Made by a program: the position numbers and the translations under genes. 64,000 bases of DNA from NCBI GenBank assembly GCA_048013815.1, contig CM106585.1, positions 14,508,001-14,572,000 of the forward strand, given 5' to 3'. Source of the stretch: Setoptus koraiensis. Its lineage: Eukaryota; Animalia; Arthropoda. This document shows positions 57,486 to 64,000 of this stretch, piece by piece. Position 1 is the first letter of the stretch, and each line of letters starts with the position of its first letter. The notes below the pieces were generated by a model, which had not been told where the DNA came from, searched no databases, and saw only the letters and a program-made list of their open reading frames with translations.

Positions 57486-58052
57486 ATTAGTTCAATACGA
57501 AAAGAAAAACTTTGGTTATTGGAATACTGGCGCCCTACAATATATGTTTTGATTGTCTCGTCTTGCTGGTATGATTTTAGCGCCAATACCAGATGCCCCT
57601 GGTAGACGTTCAAACCTAATGTTTTATTTCTTGTACTGTATTTTTGGTATTATAATACGTGTCGTTCTAAATTTCGATATTGAATAATTAATTAAATTCA
57701 TAAGGGTTCGATGTTCGAAATAATAGGCTGATAATCATTTAAGAATGTTTCATCATGTTATGGAGTCTTAAATCAACATCGATAGTCTGGTTTTCAAGAA
57801 GAGTACAGTATTGTGTGATAATTCATATTCACGGAATGGACCGGCCTATTCTAAGAACGTGCCGGCGCATGCGTATTGGTGCGAAGCGCTAAATTCAAGA
57901 AAAACAAGAAAAAAAATGAATGAACATAAACAATTCATCAGCACCAGCATGCTGTTATCGATGCTCATCTAGATTATACAGTTCGCTGGATAGGAGACAT
58001 TATTACTGTTGCGATTATGTAACCATTATGTAATCACCTCCTCATCGAAATT
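57486..58052. promoter_or_regulatory. Divergent (bidirectional) promoter region between ISWI and MTG2
   Basis: 567 bp between divergent ATGs, containing GGCGCATGCGT (NRF1/EWG-like) near 57864 and DRE-like CATCGATA / TATCGATG elements. Confidence 0.6.
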
Positions 58053-59294
58053 ATGACACCCATTCCTGGTCTCAGCAAGCTAGTTGGAACTCAACAACTT
58101 TGTAAATGGAAATATCTATGCTTACCGGGCATAAGACAGATTCAATCATCTACTTGCAATAAATCATCAGCATCAGAAATATCACGTGACTACGATGAGG
58201 AAAAACTCCAGAGAAAGTTCAAAAGGGAATCTTACTTCGTTGACACTAAGAGGGTGACTTTTCATGCTGGAGATGGAGCGAATGGATGCATATCGTTCCT
58301 GCATTTGTTCGCCAACGAACTCGCCGGACCTGACGGAGGCGATGGGGGTTGCGGTGGCCACATTGTGCTTGTGGCTGATAAACAAATTAAGTCTTTAAGT
58401 AGAATAGCTTCATGTTATAGAGGTAATCCAGGTGGTAGAGCCGAGGGGAGGGACATATTTGGTAAAAATGCCGAACACGTCTTTGTGAAAGTTCCCGTCG
58501 GAACGAATGTGAGAAGAGCCCTACCGAAGGGTCATCATGATATAACTGCCTGGGATAACCGAGAAATTTTAGCGGATTTAGACGCAGATGGCTCAATGTT
58601 TATTGCAGCTCGAGGTGGTGCTGGCGGTAAAGGAAATCATTTTTTTCTATCCAATACAAATAGACATCCAAGGATCGCCCAAGCTGGAGCTAAAGGCGAA
58701 CACAATATTTATGATTTAGAAATGAAATTATATGCCCATGTCGGCCTGATAGGTCTACCCAATGCCGGAAAATCTACCCTATTGTCAAGGCTGACAAATG
58801 CTACTGTTAAGGTAGGAGATTATCCGTTCACAACTTTACATCCACAAGTTGGTGTCATTGAGTACGATGACTACACTCAATTAGCAATATCAGACCTTCC
58901 CGGATTAATAGAAGACTCTCACAAGAACCGTGGACTTGGCATATCATTTCTAAGGCACGTTCAGAGGTGCGTCTGCCTTTTATATGTAATCGATTTGTCC
59001 AACGAGGACCCGATTAATGACTTCGAACAGCTCAGATTTGAATTAGAGCAATTTAAGAAAGGATTGAGTACTCGGGGTTATGCTATCGTAGGTAACAAGA
59101 CCGATCTCCCAAATTCTAAGAGGAATACTGATGCCTTTGTTACACACGTAGAAAAAACTTTACCAGGTTCAAGACTGTTTCTGGTATCCGCCAAAGACAG
59201 TAAAAATCTACAAGACCTAACTAGTCATTTCAAGACAATGTATGATGACTACGAGAGAAAGAATGCTGGTGAAACAGATGCTCTTGTTTGGTGA
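58053..59294 (+). CDS. MTG2: Mitochondrial Obg-family GTPase (MTG2/GTPBP5-like), 413 aa, intronless
   Basis: Obg fold FVD...GPDGGDGG, G1 GLPNAGKS, G2 YPFTT, G3 DLPG, G4 NKTD, and an N-terminal presequence-like extension. Confidence 0.92.
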   Translation: MTPIPGLSKLVGTQQLCKWKYLCLPGIRQIQSSTCNKSSASEISRDYDEEKLQRKFKRESYFVDTKRVTFHAGDGANGCISFLHLFANELAGPDGGDGGCGGHIVLVADKQIKSLSRIASCYRGNPGGRAEGRDIFGKNAEHVFVKVPVGTNVRRALPKGHHDITAWDNREILADLDADGSMFIAARGGAGGKGNHFFLSNTNRHPRIAQAGAKGEHNIYDLEMKLYAHVGLIGLPNAGKSTLLSRLTNATVKVGDYPFTTLHPQVGVIEYDDYTQLAISDLPGLIEDSHKNRGLGISFLRHVQRCVCLLYVIDLSNEDPINDFEQLRFELEQFKKGLSTRGYAIVGNKTDLPNSKRNTDAFVTHVEKTLPGSRLFLVSAKDSKNLQDLTSHFKTMYDDYERKNAGETDALVW

Positions 59295-59938
59295 TACTTT
59301 ATGATGATAACTAAATTAACTAAAATTAGATGTGATTATTTGGAATTATATCTCTCGTATAAAAAAACAATTTGTTAATGTTCTGTGACCTAAAATATGC
59401 AGTTAAATCATTCATGGGAAGCTCAAATTTTACCCAGTTAGATCTAAGCATTTGCTCAGTGCTCGCATTTGTTCTGGCGTTATCGGTGTTATAATTCATC
59501 ATCCACAGGAGAACGTAGAGAAATCACAAAACTTATGTCATCGAGAGTTACGTTATGAAACAAGTCAATCTGATATACTTTTTCGAGTAGTAAGACACAT
59601 AAAAATTAAACTTGGTCATCGTGACATCGTATTTTTTTATATTGAATATTTAATCAGTGGAAAGTTCAATGTCGTGTCTGAAAAGAGTGTGGGTCGTTAG
59701 TTTTCAGGAGGTGCAAAGTCATTGGAAATGATGGGTCCTAAACAAATCAGAAACTCTTTCCCTGCTCGTTTGTACTACTAAAAAAATAAACTACTTTCAG
59801 AAATTATATCGCAATCACTTGTTATCTGAATGCGAGACTTCATGGTTCCGTTGAACAAAGTTAGTCCATTCGATCAATTCTTTTCTATCATATCTTATGT
59901 ACTAGAATATATATCAAATAACCTTAGTTGAGGCGGAC

Positions 59939-62900
59939 ATGGAAGAAAATTCGGGCGAGAGGAAAGAGGAAAAACAAAGTAGGATCCATGTTCGATCTTC
60001 TAGTGATGGTAGCAAAGAAGGTTGCTTGAAGAAATGTGTGACAGAGCATCCATTAAATAGAGCAGGGTTGATAAACCAGCTCTTTTTCGGGTTAGTATGG
60101 CATCAGATAGAATTTGTATCGAATTGGCTTGATCGATACTCAGATAACACTTTTCTTGTGCACACTTTTTTAGCTGGATGTTCCCATACATTTGGACAGG
60201 ATATCGCAGGGATCTCAATATGGCCGATATGCCCAATACACCCCCTCGGAGCGAGCAATGTACCGAAATCAACAAAAAACTGTCTGCGTAAGTTAATTGG
60301 AACCCTAACTACCAAGATTCTAGATTGCAAGTATGAATACATACAATTAGATAACAGAGTATCGTATCGGTCCACATTTTAGACATTGGAACGATGAATT
60401 GGAACAAATGAAGAAAAACAAAATGCCAATACTATTGAGAGCGGTCATGAGAACATATGCAAACAAGGTTTTCTTGTTCTCCTTCATAGCACTTTTCGGG
60501 GTAAATAGTTTAATTTATAATGACAACCGATTCGCAATTTCTAGGAGAGTTCTTTCACTAATAACTCAACTAATTCTTGTAGGAAGTGCTTTGCAAAACG
60601 TTCATGGCTTACAGCGTTGGTCAAATGCTTTACTATATCAACGTTCATTCGACCATAGATCATTCCATTATGTGGTCATGTGATGATCCCTTAGTTAGGT
60701 GGACACTGTCGTTCATAGGTTCACTGTTGGGCTGGGTGCTCTCGGTTCATTTCTATGGTTTCAAGATGATGTTGATTGGTTTGCATTTGCGAGCCGGTTG
60801 CTCGTATCTTATTTATAAAAAATCACTCAAAATAAGCCAAGACTCCCTGGGAAAATCAAGCATTGGTAATATGGTAACTATTCGCTGCTCTCATTGACTC
60901 CAATCTAACAATCACATGAGCGTTGTCACTAAAGTCTGCTTTGTATTAACCTTTGTATTGTTTTTGCTTTGTAATAATTTCCACCACTTCTAGGTGAATC
61001 TAATGTCGAATGATACAGACAGATTCACCCACGTGTTTATGATGGTGCCATTTATCTGGCTAGGTCCCGTACAAACTATATTATCAGTCTACTTGATGTG
61101 GCCCATGCTTGGACCGGCGTGTCTAGGTTCAGTGTCGTTATTGATAGTGTTGATCCCCATCCAATTATGGATGTGTAGGAAGTTTGGTTCGTATCGGGGT
61201 CGAATAGCCGAGGCGACAGATGAGCGGGTTTGCGTAGTTAGTGAAATAATACAAACACTACGTCTGATAAAAGCCTACGCCTGGGAATACGCATGTCGTG
61301 ATAGCATGTATAAAGCGAGAAAGAAAGAAACTGATCTTATTTTCAGGTAAGTGAATGGATACAGTTTTAGTCTCATGTCAGCTACTGCTCTCCAATCTGG
61401 TACTAAGTAATTATCGATTCTCATTCGCAAATCAAAGGGTAAACCAGTACAGAGCCTTGAATTGTGCAACCATGTTCGCTGCTGGTAAGATGGTGCTATT
61501 CATAACTATTGTATTTCACTGTATAGTTTTTAAGAAGACACTATCAAGTCAGATGCTCTTCATGAGCATAGCAATGTTAAACAATGTCCAATATGCAATG
61601 ACAATATTGTTGCCTTATCTAGTCTCGCTAGGTGTAGAGGCGTGTATATCGCTGGAGCGAATAGGCGATTTTCTAATTTCAGAAGAGAAAACAAATTCAC
61701 CTCGTCTAATCCATGCACCCATGATCACAATAGATTCCCTAGTAACCGGCGTCACGAAGAGCAGCCAACAACTACAACCTTGTCTAGAGCTGGAGAATAT
61801 TTGCGCCAAATGGTCGGGCGCCTCTTCTAACGCTCTAAACAATATTAGCCTTAACATGTGCTCAGGTCAATTGACAATAGTCTGCGGCCCGGTGGCTAGT
61901 GGCAAAACATCTCTACTAATGGCCCTATTGAATGAACTGCCCATACAGAGTGGATTGGCCAAGGTAAGAGGGACAATCAGTTACGCTAGTCAGCAGCCAT
62001 GGATATTTAGTGGAACTGTCAGAGACAATATCCTATTTGGCAGTAACTACAATAAAGAACGTTACTGGACTGTGGTGAAAGCGTGCAGCTTAAGTCGTGA
62101 TATTGAACTCCTAGATAACGGAGATACAACCTATATCAACGATAATGGAAACTCACTCAGTGGCGGCCAAAAGGCTCGCATTTCTCTGGCTAGATGTCTG
62201 TACAAAGATTGTGATATCTATCTTCTAGATGATCCCCTGAGCGCTGTTGATTCGCACGTTTCAGACCACATTTTCAATGAGGCCATCAAGAGTTTTCTGA
62301 AGAAAAAAGCGGTGTTATTGTCAACGCACCAATCACAATATCTCGAACATTGTGACACAGTGCTTGCCATTGATCAGGGGCATTGCAAAGCTTTGTGCAC
62401 ATATACAGAGCTCAAAACAAGAAATGCTGATTATCTTACCAAGATAGGTGCCAGTAAGGGCACTGGTGTGGCAGCTCCTATTAAGAAGAAACCGCTATCA
62501 ATTTCTGCCAGCTCCGCATTGTTTCCACCAAAAGAATACCTTGAAACCAAAGCCAAGATGCCTCCGATACATCAGATGAGCAGCAACAACAATTTGAAAT
62601 CATCGACAAGCAGCAACACAATTGTCCGCGATGTGTCGACTGTTGAAGCGATGAAACGGAATTCTCTTTCCGTTTCATCTACCGGCTGTCGTGATGATGA
62701 CAATATCAAGTCAAATGTTGAGCTCGTGCTTACAAATGAGCCGATATTTGCCCGTCTTGATAGATCGTGTACCACGGAGAAGCGACCAGTATTAGAAGAT
62801 GGCACTAATGAGCTCGAGAAGTCATCAAACAACAAGCAATCGAACGAACCAGAAGAGGAGAGTATGAACAGAGAATTTGGTAGTGTCAGAGTTTTGTGGG

Positions 62901-64000
62901 ACTTTTATACTGGCAATTCTATGTTGAATTTCATCTCGGTTATTGTAGCATACTTGATGAGTCAGTTAGTCTTCACACTTATAGATGTATATTTAACTGT
63001 TTGGACAATAGTGGAGCAAGAACGCGATAGAATGGCCGTGTCCATTGGAGCACCTCATACTTTGCATTATATTGGCCTGGACAACGACACCATAGATCCC
63101 ATCATAATATCTGGTCAGCAGGTGGCAGCACTCGAGCCCATTAATAACATGACTAGTCTATATAGACCATTTTACAGATTGATCAAAGATTTTCACAGTG
63201 AACAACAGGCAATTGTTTACACGTGTCTCATTATCGTATTATTTGTGACGGCTTGTCTGAAAAGTTCTCTATTCTATCGCATGTGCAGCAAATCGGCCGA
63301 CTTATTATACAAACGATTATTCAATAGTGCCCTGTTTGCACAAGTGGCCTTCTTTGATAAAAATCCCATCGGAAGATTCCTAAATCGAGCAACCAGAGAC
63401 ATGGGAAGCGTAGACGAATCGATGCCCGCTACATCTTTTGCTGCTTTCGAGATATTGCTTCAATGGCTCACATCGGTCATTCTGGTGACAACCATTGATT
63501 CAGCATTGTTTGCGCCTGCCTCGATAATTATTCTGATGTTTATCATCATACATCGCGTGTATGTGCCACCATTGAAAGATATACAACGTCTAGAGAATAT
63601 GTGCAAGAGTCCGATATTGTCGCACCTGAGCAGCTCCGTCAATGGACTGGCCGTCATAAGATCCACAACAGGTGCTGAATTGAATTTTGAACGAATGTTT
63701 ATGCGGCACCTAGATCAGCATTCGTCTGTTTTTGTATTGTTTATAGGCTGCAACAGATGGATTGCGGTAGTTTTAGATTGGATCAATTGTGCATTTGTTG
63801 TGACAATCACCCTGTATGCCATCATAAGCCAAATGGAGGGACCGTCGGCCGGATTACTAATCACGAGTGGCATACTAATGTGCGGGCTAGCTCAGCACGG
63901 TGCTCTAAAATTGGCCAACACCGAATCATTGGCAACTAGCATTGAGCGAATAAATGAATATTGTCGACTGCCGCAAGAGGAAACTATCACCGGCAGTGAT
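59939..64000 (+). CDS. ABCC (MRP4-like) ABC transporter, 5' part, continuing beyond the window
   Basis: Exons 59939-60090, 60174-60287, 60383-60500, 60583-60873, 60994-61346 and 61453 to >64000 join in frame across five GT-AG introns of 82-120 nt. NBD1 has GPVASGKT, LSGGQ, IYLLDDPLSAVD. TMD2 has FFDKNPIGRFLNR. The last exon is open to the window end. Confidence 0.93.

Noticed and set aside
1-64000. tRNA, rRNA, snRNA and autonomous transposon (RT/transposase) sequences
   Set aside because: None recognised by eye. A covariance-model and repeat-library search would be needed to exclude them.

Overview
Eukaryotic (arthropod) genomic DNA. Long intronless housekeeping genes, Asn/Gln homopolymer-rich ORFs and abundant AAC/CA/GA microsatellites suggest an intron-poor mite such as an eriophyoid. 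That assignment is inference only, and no database search was possible. Layout: (1) 1-24 kb is largely non-coding, rich in short tandem duplications, GGGCCC hexamers and several strong hairpins, with no gene I can support. (2) 24.4-41 kb holds a TATA-driven small gene with a BH3-like helix and three long orphan low-complexity ORFs, two with one TM helix. (3) 42.5-64 kb is a dense housekeeping cluster: JAZF1-like, RPL8, an orphan repeat protein, MCCC1, RPL8 again, a three-hairpin miR-92-family cluster, ISWI, MTG2/Obg, and an ABCC transporter running off the right edge. The most striking structure is a triplicated MCCC1-tail/RPL8 block. One copy is inverted and full length. One is direct and truncated, bracketed by a 13-bp direct repeat and abutting the miR-92 cluster. 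The only long MCCC1 copy has a frameshifted biotin-carrier domain, while the duplicates keep part of that domain in frame. All counts and alignments were done by eye.
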